Counted from the stretch's first letter, positions 8,844-18,170 are shown. The stretch is DNA of 24,988 nucleotides from Bacilli bacterium (GCA_007116525.1 SKIH01000069.1:1-24988); one strand, 5' to 3'. Made by a program: numbers and translations. The notes: a model not told the origin generated them from the sequence alone.

Positions 8844-10022
8844 CTATTTTGTTAAGTCGTAAGTTTCTTTTGCTATCATAACCTCTTCATCTGTCTTAAT
8901 AACATAGCAATCTACTTTAGACTCTTTCGATGAAATTAAAAATTCATCTTCTCTTTTTTCATTCGAAACTTTATCAACTTTTATATTAAGTGCTTCTAAT
9001 TCATCTAATATCATTTTTCTAGTAATGCTAGAGTTTTCTCCAATACCACCTGAAAATGTTATAGCGTCTACTTCTTTTAAGAAGACAAAATATTTGGCAA
9101 TATAAGCTACGATTCTTTTAACATACATATTTTGAGCTAAAACAGCATTTTTTTCATTGTTTAAAAACTCTTCTTCAATATCTCTTGAATCACTACTTAT
9201 TCCACTTATTCCTAAAAGTCCACTTTTTTTATTTAAGTCGTTTAAAACCTCTTCTAATGTTTTATTCTCAACTTCCATTATATAAGGTATTATTGTAAAG
9301 TCAAAATCACCACTTCTAGTTCCCATTATCAAACCAGCATTAGGAGTGAATCCCATAGTACTATCTTTAGATTGTCCGCCTTTAATAGCCGATATACTAG
9401 CACCATTACCTAAATGACATGTTATTAAGTTAACTTCTTTTTTATTTAAAATTGATTTCATTCTCTCAGTAATGTACTTATGACTCGTACCATGAAAACT
9501 ATACTTTCTAACTTTATGGTTTTCATACCATTCTATAGGTCCAGAACTTAAAAACTCTTCTTTCTCAATAGTTTGATGAAAAGCAGTATCAAATACCGCA
9601 ACTGCAATAGCATTTGGTATTTTATTGAAGAAAGCCTTTATTCCTATAACATTAGCGGGATTGTGCAAAGGTGCTAAGTCACTAAGTCCAACAATAGTAT
9701 TTAAAACATCATCATCTATTACTACTGAATCTGAATACTTGTCGCCACCATGAACGACACGATGACCAACAGCTTTTATATCCTCTAAACTTTCAACAAC
9801 ATTATTAGCTAACAATTCATCAATCAGAACAGAAACCGCCATGTCATGGTCTTTTAAAACTTTTTCTTTTTTTATTTTTTTTCCATTAATCTTCAAAGAA
9901 TAAAAACTACCATCTATCCCTATTCTTTCAAAGACCCCCGAAATCAAAACTTCTTCTTGTGGCATTTCGTACATTTGAAACTTCAAAGAAGAGCTACCTG
10001 CATTAACTGACAATACTTTCAT
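8844..10022 (-). CDS. ackA: Acetate kinase
   Basis: NAGSSSLK, GHRVVHGG, APLHNP, FDTAFH, FHGTSH, CHLGNGAS, GTRSGD, TDEE. Confidence 0.97.
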   Translation of the reverse strand: MKVLSVNAGSSSLKFQMYEMPQEEVLISGVFERIGIDGSFYSLKINGKKIKKEKVLKDHDMAVSVLIDELLANNVVESLEDIKAVGHRVVHGGDKYSDSVVIDDDVLNTIVGLSDLAPLHNPANVIGIKAFFNKIPNAIAVAVFDTAFHQTIEKEEFLSSGPIEWYENHKVRKYSFHGTSHKYITERMKSILNKKEVNLITCHLGNGASISAIKGGQSKDSTMGFTPNAGLIMGTRSGDFDFTIIPYIMEVENKTLEEVLNDLNKKSGLLGISGISSDSRDIEEEFLNNEKNAVLAQNMYVKRIVAYIAKYFVFLKEVDAITFSGGIGENSSITRKMILDELEALNIKVDKVSNEKREDEFLISSKESKVDCYVIKTDEEVMIAKETYDLTK

Positions 10023-10034
10023 AAATACCTCTTT

Positions 10035-10574
10035 CTATAATTCATACTTAACGTAATTTGTATTACCCATTTTTTTATATTTTAATCTACCATCTTTAGG
10101 TAGTCCATTAATGTAATGATTAATAACATTAATTGCTCCATTATGTGTTACTATTAAAACATTTTTATCTTTATGTTTTTCTTTTATTTCTTCGATAAAG
10201 TTAGTTACTCTATCGAATAGGCTTTTTATTCCTTCAACATTTTTTTCACTATAATTTAAATTAAGATCATCAAATCTTTCGTCTATATTTCCGTTTTCGT
10301 TTGCGAACGACGTTCCTTCATAGTCACCTAAATCTCTTTCTATAATTCTGTTATCCACGATAACTTTAGAAGAAGGTGCTACGATTTCTGCGGTTTCAAG
10401 AGCACGTATTAAAGGGGATGAATATACAACATCAAATTCAACCCCTCTAAGTTCCTTGCTTAATCTAAAACACTCAGCTCTACCATCCAAACTCAATGGA
10501 ATATCAGTTCTACCTTGATACAATCTTTTCTTATTGTATTCAGTTTTTCCATGTCTAACTAAGTATAAATTCAT
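10035..10574 (-). CDS. Histidine phosphatase family protein
   Basis: LVRHG, SSPLIRALETA, ERDLGDYEG, VTHNG. Confidence 0.85.
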   Translation of the reverse strand: MNLYLVRHGKTEYNKKRLYQGRTDIPLSLDGRAECFRLSKELRGVEFDVVYSSPLIRALETAEIVAPSSKVIVDNRIIERDLGDYEGTSFANENGNIDERFDDLNLNYSEKNVEGIKSLFDRVTNFIEEIKEKHKDKNVLIVTHNGAINVINHYINGLPKDGRLKYKKMGNTNYVKYEL

Positions 10575-12044
10575 TTATTTCTCCTTCATAAGTGGGAAAA
10601 TAACACATTCCCTAATTGGTCTATCCATAAGTGTTGAGAATAGCCTTTCTGAAACACCAAACCCAAATGCTGGTGGCATACCATACTCAAGCGCTTCAAT
10701 AAATTCTGCGTCATGACTATGAGCTTCCTCATCACCAGATTCAGCCATTTCTCTTTGCTCATTAAATCTTTCTTCCAAGTCAATTGGGTCATTAAGTTCG
10801 TTATAACCATTACCCATTTCTGAACCCGCTAAGATGATTTGAAATTGTGCCACTTTTCTTGGATCTTCTTCTAACCTTTTTGGAAGTGGGTTTAATTCTA
10901 CTGGTTGGCCAACCAAAAATCCAGGACCACTTAGTGTTTTTCTAATAACTTTCCATAAAGTATCAACTAAACGCCAGTAAGGAGCTTTAGGATCATATTC
11001 TAAACCTGCTTCTTCCAACTTCTTAATAACTTCTTCCTTAGTAGAGTTATATATATCTATTCCAGTTCCTTCTTTTATAACTGTTTCAAAGTCATAAATT
11101 TCCCATTCATCATCCATGTCAATTTCATAACCTTTTGAAGTGAATTTAGATGTCCCTAAAACGTTTTTAGTGATTTTACGATACATCTCTTTTACTAACT
11201 CCATGCCATCTTTATAATCAGCATAGGCCCAATAAAATTCCATTTGAGTATAATCTTGCAAGTGTTCAGGACTCATTCCTTCATTTCTAAATTGACGTCC
11301 GATTTCAAACGTTTTTTCATAACCTGCTACTAAAAGTTTTTTCTGCCATAATTCACCCATAGAAATTCTTAAAAACACATCTAAATCAAGTGCATTATGA
11401 TGAGTAACAAATGGCTTTGCCGCTGCACCACCAGCGCTTGTTTCTAACACCGGCGTTTCCACTTCTAAAAATCCTTTTTCCAGCAAATGATCTCTTACCG
11501 TTGCCCAAAAGACTTGCTTTTTAACAAATAAATCTCTAACATCAGGATTCATAATTATATCCAAATATCTTTTTCTAAGTTTCAACTCTGGATCAGAAAT
11601 ACCGTGATATTTTTCTGGTAAAGGCTTTAAACTTTTAGTAAGGTGAATATATTTATTTGCTTTAATAGTTAACTCACCAACATTAGTTTTAAACATGATC
11701 CCTTCAATACCAACAATGTCACCAATATCCGCTTGATTATATAGCTCAAATTCATCTTCTGTTAACGCGTCTTTTCTAACATAAACTTGAATCTGTCCAT
11801 ATTTATCTTGAATATGCATAAATCCAGCTTTTCCTTTTCCTCTTTTTGTCATAATACGACCAGCAATTTTAACAGGAATTTCTTTTTCTGCCAATTCTTC
11901 TTTAGTCATTTCATCATATGACTCTTTCAGCATATTAGTATTATCTTCAAAATCATATCTACTTCCAAAAGGATCGATACCTTTTTCTTGTAAAGATTTC
12001 ATTTTTTCTATTCTTACTAATTCTTGTTCACTAAATTTTCTCAT
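10575..12044 (-). CDS. lysS: Lysine-tRNA ligase (class II)
   Basis: OB-fold anticodon domain (AGRIM...GKAGF), KPLPEKYHG, EVETP, PFVTHHNAL, motif 2 FRNEG, ELNDP, ALEYGMPP. Start 12044 is the likeliest of the nearby ATGs. Confidence 0.95.
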   Translation of the reverse strand: MRKFSEQELVRIEKMKSLQEKGIDPFGSRYDFEDNTNMLKESYDEMTKEELAEKEIPVKIAGRIMTKRGKGKAGFMHIQDKYGQIQVYVRKDALTEDEFELYNQADIGDIVGIEGIMFKTNVGELTIKANKYIHLTKSLKPLPEKYHGISDPELKLRKRYLDIIMNPDVRDLFVKKQVFWATVRDHLLEKGFLEVETPVLETSAGGAAAKPFVTHHNALDLDVFLRISMGELWQKKLLVAGYEKTFEIGRQFRNEGMSPEHLQDYTQMEFYWAYADYKDGMELVKEMYRKITKNVLGTSKFTSKGYEIDMDDEWEIYDFETVIKEGTGIDIYNSTKEEVIKKLEEAGLEYDPKAPYWRLVDTLWKVIRKTLSGPGFLVGQPVELNPLPKRLEEDPRKVAQFQIILAGSEMGNGYNELNDPIDLEERFNEQREMAESGDEEAHSHDAEFIEALEYGMPPAFGFGVSERLFSTLMDRPIRECVIFPLMKEK

Positions 12045-12627
12045 TATCATCACTTCTTTCTAAAACGTTAGTATAACTTATTTTATCATGAATTGTCTTA
12101 TTTTTCTCCCTAAATGCTAATATTAATACATTTATTAATATAAACAAAATTTGAACTAACCCAATAATGGAAACTAACATAAAATAACTAAGACCGGTAC
12201 TTGTATATAAAAGTAGAATACTTAGAGCAGTAAATAATAAACCATTTACTAATGACGCTCTAGCTAGCAGCTTTAATTTAGTTAATTCTCCTTTAGTTGC
12301 TACGATCTTTATTTTAAACATTTTCTTCCCTAAAGTTTGACCTTTCGTTTTAAGCGGTAATAATACATAGTATAAAAATAACACTAATAAAGTTAACACA
12401 TTTAAATGAACTGCATTTAACATTAAAGTATGGTATGAGATTGCATATCTATTAACAAAAGTTGAAAAACCTATTTCATTTTCAAGCAGCGAACTTAAAC
12501 TCGCATTCATTTCATTTTGCAATATAACAATATTATCATTTCCTGGTAAAATAGCAGCAATAACGTATAATACCGCTAATATAATTACGAAGTCTAAAAA
12601 ATATGCTAAATATCTTCTTATATTCAT
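12031..12627 (-). CDS. RDD family membrane protein
   Basis: RRYLAYFLD, GQTLGKKMFKIKIV, and C-terminal TIHDKISYT. Confidence 0.82.
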   Translation of the reverse strand: MNIRRYLAYFLDFVIILAVLYVIAAILPGNDNIVILQNEMNASLSSLLENEIGFSTFVNRYAISYHTLMLNAVHLNVLTLLVLFLYYVLLPLKTKGQTLGKKMFKIKIVATKGELTKLKLLARASLVNGLLFTALSILLLYTSTGLSYFMLVSIIGLVQILFILINVLILAFREKNKTIHDKISYTNVLERSDDNEKI

Positions 12628-13601
12628 CTAATCATCTCCTTTAAAAAATCATCTAAAATTTCATTGAACTCTTCTTTAGTCTCAACTTTTGAAATTTTTG
12701 TTTTAACTTTACTAGCATTGTCGATTCCTTTTAAATAATAACAACCTTGTGTTCTCATTTCTAAAAGTGCTACTTTTTCAGGTTTGATTTGTAACAACAG
12801 ATTTAAATGTTCTTTCATCATACTTATTCTCTCTTTTAAAGAAACATCATTAGAGTATATTCCTTTTTCTAAATAATCAACAGTCTCTCTTATCAACCAA
12901 GGATTACCAAGAGCCCCTCTTCCAATCATGACTGCATCGCAATTAGTATATTCAATCATCTTTTTAGCAAGTTCCGGTGTTGTAACATCACCATTTCCAA
13001 TTACAGGAATGTTTATAGCTTCCTTAACCTCTTTTATTATATTCCAATCAGCTTTTCCACTGTAACCCTGTTTTCTAGTTCTACCATGTATTGTTATAGC
13101 ACTAGCACCAGCCTCTTCACATATTTTGGCAACCTTTACTGCATTAATAGTATTCTCATCCCAACCACTCCTGATCTTAACAGTAACAGGAACATTAACT
13201 TCACTAACAACTGCTTTAACAATGCTTTTTATTTTATCAGGATTTTTTAACAAGGCACTACCCGCTTGACTCTTAACAGCAATTTTCGGTACGGGACATC
13301 CCATATTAATATCTATAATGTCTGGTTTCATATTTTCCTCTATAAACTTAGCAGCCTCGACAAATGAATTTTCATCACTTCCAAATATTTGCTGTGCTAT
13401 TGGTCTCTCAAAGTCAGTCATATAAAGCAAATCAATAGTTTTTTTATTACGATACATAACAGCTTTATCGCTTACCATTTCAGCAACTATTAAACCGGCG
13501 CCCATTTTTTTAACTATAGTTCTATACGCACTATTACTTACACTCGCCATCGGCGCTAAAACGACTTTGTTTTTAATAGTTACAGTTCCGATTTTCCACA
13601 T
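12624..13601 (-). CDS. dusB: tRNA dihydrouridine synthase DusB
   Basis: LAPMA, DINMGCP, VTVKIRSGW, IHGRTR, IGNGDV, VMIGRGALGNPW. Start at 13601 follows an AGGTGA SD. Confidence 0.93.
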   Translation of the reverse strand: MWKIGTVTIKNKVVLAPMASVSNSAYRTIVKKMGAGLIVAEMVSDKAVMYRNKKTIDLLYMTDFERPIAQQIFGSDENSFVEAAKFIEENMKPDIIDINMGCPVPKIAVKSQAGSALLKNPDKIKSIVKAVVSEVNVPVTVKIRSGWDENTINAVKVAKICEEAGASAITIHGRTRKQGYSGKADWNIIKEVKEAINIPVIGNGDVTTPELAKKMIEYTNCDAVMIGRGALGNPWLIRETVDYLEKGIYSNDVSLKERISMMKEHLNLLLQIKPEKVALLEMRTQGCYYLKGIDNASKVKTKISKVETKEEFNEILDDFLKEMIR

Positions 13602-13617
13602 GTAAATCACCTACTTA

Positions 13618-13646
13618 ATTATAATATATATACGCTTTTTTTACAA
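13618..13646 (-). promoter_or_regulatory. Putative sigmaA promoter of dusB (TTGTAA-17-TATAAT)
   Basis: Motif match with exact 17-nt spacer. Confidence 0.62.
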
Positions 13647-13652
13647 TAAAAC

Positions 13653-13679
13653 AAAAAATAATACATTATAGTATTATTT
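13653..13679 (-). terminator. AT-rich intrinsic terminator after the Spo0A-like gene
   Basis: 9-bp stem AAATAATAC/GTATTATTT with a 6-nt loop and T-tract; contains the stop codon. Confidence 0.5.
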
Positions 13680-14204
13680 AAATCTTTCATAAACATAACT
13701 AATTATTTCTTTATTAGTCTTAAAATCTGGCATCCCTCTAATACAAGTTCTTATAGCCCTCTCGACGCTCTGAGGGTTTTTTCCAAACTCCGCTCCTAAA
13801 GCATCATATAGATCACTCATACAAAGGTTATTGGCTTCTATAAGCTTAATGCTTCTCTTAATATATTCAAAGCCTTTAAACTTTGGATGAATACCTAACC
13901 CGATTAAAAATTTACTTAATTCATATCCATTTAAACTGTTTTTTGAAACTCCCATATTCTCTAAAATTGACCCCTCTAAAATTATTATCTTTTCTCTTAA
14001 ATTTTCCGGTAATTCAAATATCAAGTTGTTTTCCTTATTTAAAATTTTTATATCTATAAATATGATTTTTGGAGAATACAAATTATCATAGTTTTCTAAA
14101 TACCTTAAACTATTAACTATTTTTTCAACTTTGTATTCTTTAAACAATGATCTTTTTATTATTTTTTCAAAATTACTATCAGTAGTTATTATTAGTGACT
14201 TCAT
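13674..14204 (-). CDS. Spo0A C-terminal-domain regulator with degenerate receiver-like N-terminus
   Basis: LGIHPKFKGFEYI...LYDALG...SVERAIR...TNKEII aligns with the Spo0A effector domain. PKIIFIDIKI resembles receiver beta3. Confidence 0.72.
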   Translation of the reverse strand: MKSLIITTDSNFEKIIKRSLFKEYKVEKIVNSLRYLENYDNLYSPKIIFIDIKILNKENNLIFELPENLREKIIILEGSILENMGVSKNSLNGYELSKFLIGLGIHPKFKGFEYIKRSIKLIEANNLCMSDLYDALGAEFGKNPQSVERAIRTCIRGMPDFKTNKEIISYVYERFK

Positions 14205-14916
14205 TGTTATTGTTTATGTATTCAACAATATCAAAAAATTCATCTTTTAAAGAAGCTCCTCCTATTAAATACCCATTAACACCAGGTATTTTTTCCAAAG
14301 TTGAAATGTTTCCTTTGTTAACACTACCTCCATATAACACTGGGAAGTCGTGATAACCATATTTGTTCTCCAATAAATCTTTTATAAAAAATATAGTTTC
14401 TCCAATTTCTCTGTTTGTTGGCGTTTTGTTTGAGCCAATAGCCCAAACAGGTTCGTATGCTATTATTACTTTTTCCAATTTCGGAACTTTAAACAATGCT
14501 TTGATAATCTGTTCTTCTATTAACTTCATCTTCTTCTTATTATTTATTTTTTCTCCAATACACAATATGACATTTAAATCATTTTCAATAGCAGACTTAA
14601 TTTTTTTGTTTATTAAGTCATCACTTTCATTAAAGTGTTCTCGTCTTTCACTATGTCCAACAATAACAGCACTTGCACCTACGCTTTTTGCTTGCTCTGC
14701 AGAAATTTCACCAGTGAATGATCCTGAGTTTCCAAAATAAATGTTTTGAAGTCCAACTTTATATTCTTGCTTTAAAAAGAAAGGTAAATACACACTAGTT
14801 GGACATACTAAAACATTAGAGTAATTAGCTCTTGTTTGCATAAGTTTAATATACACACTAACCTTTTTAGCATCTAAATTCATTTTATGATTAGCCACTA
14901 TTAATTTCTTTTTCAT
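14179..14916 (-). CDS. tpiA: Triosephosphate isomerase
   Basis: ANHKMN, GHSERR, AYEPVWAIG, YGGSV, LIGGASL. Confidence 0.97.
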   Translation of the reverse strand: MKKKLIVANHKMNLDAKKVSVYIKLMQTRANYSNVLVCPTSVYLPFFLKQEYKVGLQNIYFGNSGSFTGEISAEQAKSVGASAVIVGHSERREHFNESDDLINKKIKSAIENDLNVILCIGEKINNKKKMKLIEEQIIKALFKVPKLEKVIIAYEPVWAIGSNKTPTNREIGETIFFIKDLLENKYGYHDFPVLYGGSVNKGNISTLEKIPGVNGYLIGGASLKDEFFDIVEYINNNNEVTNNNY

Positions 14917-14930
14917 ATGCCCCCCTAAAT

Positions 14931-16112
14931 TTATTTATCTAAAACTTTTATGCCTGGCAATTCTTTTCCTTCTAATAATTCAAGCGACGCTCCACCACCT
15001 GTTGAAATATGTGTAACTGCGTCCTTGAATCCTAAAGAAATGACTGCCGCTGCAGTGTCGCCACCACCAACTATTATAGTTTTATCTTCATTTACAATTC
15101 CTCTTAAAACTTCCTTTGTACCTTTTGAAAAACTACTGTGCTCGAAAATACCTAACGGGCCATTCCATAATATAGTATTACTATTATTCAATATCTCTAA
15201 AAAGTTTTTAACCGTTTCATCACCGATATCTACACCCATCATATCTTCTTTGTTTGCATCTATTGTAGAATAAAAACCTAAATCATCATCGATGCTTTTT
15301 GCTAAAATATTGTCTATCGGCAATTTTATTTTATCAGGATATTTCACTAACATTTCTTTACAAAATTCAATATAATCCTCTTCTAATATAGAATTACCTA
15401 TTTCATACCCTTTTGCTTTTAGAAAGGTGTATGCCATTCCACCACCAATTAAAATATTGTCCACTTTATGGACTAAATTTTCAATAACACCAATTTTATC
15501 AGATACTTTTGCACCACCTAAAATTAATGATATTGGTTTGTCAGGATCAGTTAAAACTTTTTCAAAGTTAACTAACTCTTTTTCAACTAAAAACCCTACT
15601 CCTACATCTTCTAAATTACTTGCAATGCCCACATTTGAAGCATGTGATCTATGGGCAGTACCAAATGCATCATTAATAAATATATCCCCTAGTGAAGCCC
15701 AATATTTTCCAAGCATTTCGTCATTTTTACTTTCGGCTTTATTATTCAAATCTTCAAACCTTGTATTCTCAATCAAAACTACATCTCTTTTTTTCATGTT
15801 TGATATGGCCTCTTCTACTTTATTGCCTCTAGTTTCGCTTATAAAACCAACTTTAGTATTTAAATAAAAACTAAGTTTGTCAGCAACAACTCTAAGAGAA
15901 AGCTTTTCCTTATCTTCCTCGCTCTTAACTCTTCCTAAATGAGAAAAAAGAATAACTTTAGCACCATTATCAAGTGCATAATTAATAGTATCTAAACTTT
16001 CTTTAATACGATTATCATCTGTTATTTTTCCTTCTTTTATAGGGACATTAAAATCACATCTAATTAAAACTTTTTTGTTATCTAAATTAAAATCGCTTAT
16101 TTTTTTTATCAT
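14931..16112 (-). CDS. pgk: Phosphoglycerate kinase
   Basis: RCDFNVP, SHLGR, NDAFGTAHR, GGAKVSDK, WNGPLG, STGGGASLE. Confidence 0.98.
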   Translation of the reverse strand: MIKKISDFNLDNKKVLIRCDFNVPIKEGKITDDNRIKESLDTINYALDNGAKVILFSHLGRVKSEEDKEKLSLRVVADKLSFYLNTKVGFISETRGNKVEEAISNMKKRDVVLIENTRFEDLNNKAESKNDEMLGKYWASLGDIFINDAFGTAHRSHASNVGIASNLEDVGVGFLVEKELVNFEKVLTDPDKPISLILGGAKVSDKIGVIENLVHKVDNILIGGGMAYTFLKAKGYEIGNSILEEDYIEFCKEMLVKYPDKIKLPIDNILAKSIDDDLGFYSTIDANKEDMMGVDIGDETVKNFLEILNNSNTILWNGPLGIFEHSSFSKGTKEVLRGIVNEDKTIIVGGGDTAAAVISLGFKDAVTHISTGGGASLELLEGKELPGIKVLDK

Positions 16113-16121
16113 AATAACTCC

Positions 16122-17114
16122 TTAAAAATCGAATCTATTTGAATCTATTTGATAGTTTCTATTTAACTCCTCAGTAGATAGTTGCCTATTATATATTCTA
16201 ATAGCATGTAACTCACCTATAAAAGGATTCGTTTCATTCCCAATAATAAAGCGGGAATTTTCATCAATGTTGACCGAACTATTAACAAGAACACTATGGT
16301 CATTCAAAAATATTCTTGATGTTCCATCATTGTTATTTGCGACTGCAAATCTATATTTATTGCCGTGGGTATATGGTGTACCGAAACTTCTAGTTGTACC
16401 ACCAAAATTCCATGAAGGAGCCGACGTTGTAAGTCTTAGTTCAATAAAATCTTCAAATCCTATCTTAGTATTAGACCCGCCATTTTGGCTTAAAACCACC
16501 TCAATAGTATATCTATCACCAAGAAGACTTGAATTTATTTCCTTATTAGATTTAATAGCATCATCAGAGGAGCTAAATAGCAAACTATTTAGTGTCCACC
16601 TACTATCGTCAATTGCAATAACATCGTTATTTGAATTTGATAAATCTTGTATATAATGATTAATTCTATAACCAATACCATTGTTATTTAAGACATCGTA
16701 GTGTAAAATTAAACCGTTTTGATTATATATATCTATTCCTGCTTCGAATCTTTCAAACGAATACTCTAGCATACCATCATCATTTCTCTCTACAACGATA
16801 GTAAAGTTGTTATCAACAAGCCTTCCTTCTTCATCTTCAGGATCTACTACACTATTTCTAATAAGTCCCTCGTCTTCCAGTTGTTTTATTGAAATAAAAG
16901 CTTTACCTCCATCGTGATTAAATTGTTCGAAAAAATTTCTATTTCTCTCAACATAATTTTCAGCGGCAACTTTCAAGTTTTTAACATATGAATCAAATTC
17001 ATTTTGGTTTGTTCTTCTGAAAGTATTTATAATATTAGGCACGGCCAATATTAAAACGATAGACAAAACTACTACAACTCCGAGTAGCTCCACTAAAGTA
17101 AATCCTTTTTTCAT
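16122..17114 (-). CDS. Type IV pilin-like protein with C-terminal LamG/ConA-like beta-sandwich domain
   Basis: Class III signal MKKG/FTLVELLGVVVVL (G|F, E5), AAENY pilin helix, then LILHYD...DLSNSNND...FIGELHAIRIYNRQLS..E...NY typical of LamG-like domains. Confidence 0.85.
   Translation of the reverse strand: MKKGFTLVELLGVVVVLSIVLILAVPNIINTFRRTNQNEFDSYVKNLKVAAENYVERNRNFFEQFNHDGGKAFISIKQLEDEGLIRNSVVDPEDEEGRLVDNNFTIVVERNDDGMLEYSFERFEAGIDIYNQNGLILHYDVLNNNGIGYRINHYIQDLSNSNNDVIAIDDSRWTLNSLLFSSSDDAIKSNKEINSSLLGDRYTIEVVLSQNGGSNTKIGFEDFIELRLTTSAPSWNFGGTTRSFGTPYTHGNKYRFAVANNNDGTSRIFLNDHSVLVNSSVNIDENSRFIIGNETNPFIGELHAIRIYNRQLSTEELNRNYQIDSNRFDF
16131..16150. repeat. Perfect 10-bp tandem duplication (GAATCTATTT x2) at the pilin 3' end
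   Basis: Read directly at 16131-16140 and 16141-16150. Confidence 0.9.
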
Positions 17115-17138
17115 AATATCACCTACCTATATTAGTTT

Positions 17139-17164
17139 AAAAAGATTAGTTAAACTAATCTTTT
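17139..17164 (-). terminator. Hairpin / intrinsic terminator directly after gap
   Basis: 11-bp inverted repeat AAAAGATTAGT/ACTAATCTTTT with a 3-nt loop, ending in T5. Confidence 0.65.
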
Positions 17165-18170
17165 ATAGTTCATTAATAAATTTTGACAATCTTACCATTT
17201 GAGCACTATAACCCATCTCATTGTCATACCATGCAACAATTTTAACTAATTGTTTACCATCAACTTCTAAAACTTCAGTTGATAGTCCATCAACTAAACT
17301 TCCATAATGGCTCCCAATAACATCGCTCGATACAATTGGGTCTTCAGTATATTTAAAAGTGTCATTTTGATTGTTTTCAAACATTTTATTTATTTCTTCT
17401 TTTGAAGTATTTTCTTTTAATTCAATAGTTAAATCCACAACTGATCCAGTAGTTGTCGGAACTCTAAGCGCACTGCCATCCAATTTCCCTTTTAACTCAG
17501 GAATAACAAGACCTATTGCCGCTGCTGCACCAGTAGATGATGGCACTATATTAGCCGCTCCTGCTCTACCTCTTCTTGCCATATGTCCTTTTTTATGTGC
17601 AACATCTAAAATTGTTTGATCGTTAGTGTATGCATGTACCGTTGTCATAAATCCCTTAACAACTCCATACTCTTTATTTAATAGATCAACAACCGGTGCT
17701 AAGCAATTTGTAGTACAACTCGCTGCGCTTACAACTTTCTCACTTCCGTCTAAAACATCTTCATTAACACCGAATACAACAGTTTTTAAGTCGCCTTTAG
17801 CCGGTGCTGAGATTATAACCTTTTTAGCTCCTGCCTTTATATGTGCTTCTGCTTTTTCTTTTTTTGTGAAAAGCCCAGTACATTCAAAAACATGATCAAT
17901 CCCTAACTCTTTCCAAGGTAAATCACTTGGGTCCATCTCGCTATATACTTTAACTTCTCTTCCTTCTACAACTATACTATTCTCTGTACTAGAAATAGAA
18001 TCTTGCTTATAACCTCTATGACTAGTATCATACTTCAATAAATATGCTAATTGATCTGCATCAGTCAAATCATTTATAGCTACTACTTCAAAGTTAGGAT
18101 TATCATTCATAATCCTAAATACTAACCTTCCTATTCTTCCAAAACCATTAATTGCTACTTTAATTTTCAT
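17163..18170 (-). CDS. gap: Type I glyceraldehyde-3-phosphate dehydrogenase
   Basis: INGFGRIGR, ASCTTNCLAP, TTVHAYT, GSALRVPT, AWYDNE. Start 18170 lies inside the upstream gene's last codons. Confidence 0.98.
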   Translation of the reverse strand: MKIKVAINGFGRIGRLVFRIMNDNPNFEVVAINDLTDADQLAYLLKYDTSHRGYKQDSISSTENSIVVEGREVKVYSEMDPSDLPWKELGIDHVFECTGLFTKKEKAEAHIKAGAKKVIISAPAKGDLKTVVFGVNEDVLDGSEKVVSAASCTTNCLAPVVDLLNKEYGVVKGFMTTVHAYTNDQTILDVAHKKGHMARRGRAGAANIVPSSTGAAAAIGLVIPELKGKLDGSALRVPTTTGSVVDLTIELKENTSKEEINKMFENNQNDTFKYTEDPIVSSDVIGSHYGSLVDGLSTEVLEVDGKQLVKIVAWYDNEMGYSAQMVRLSKFINEL

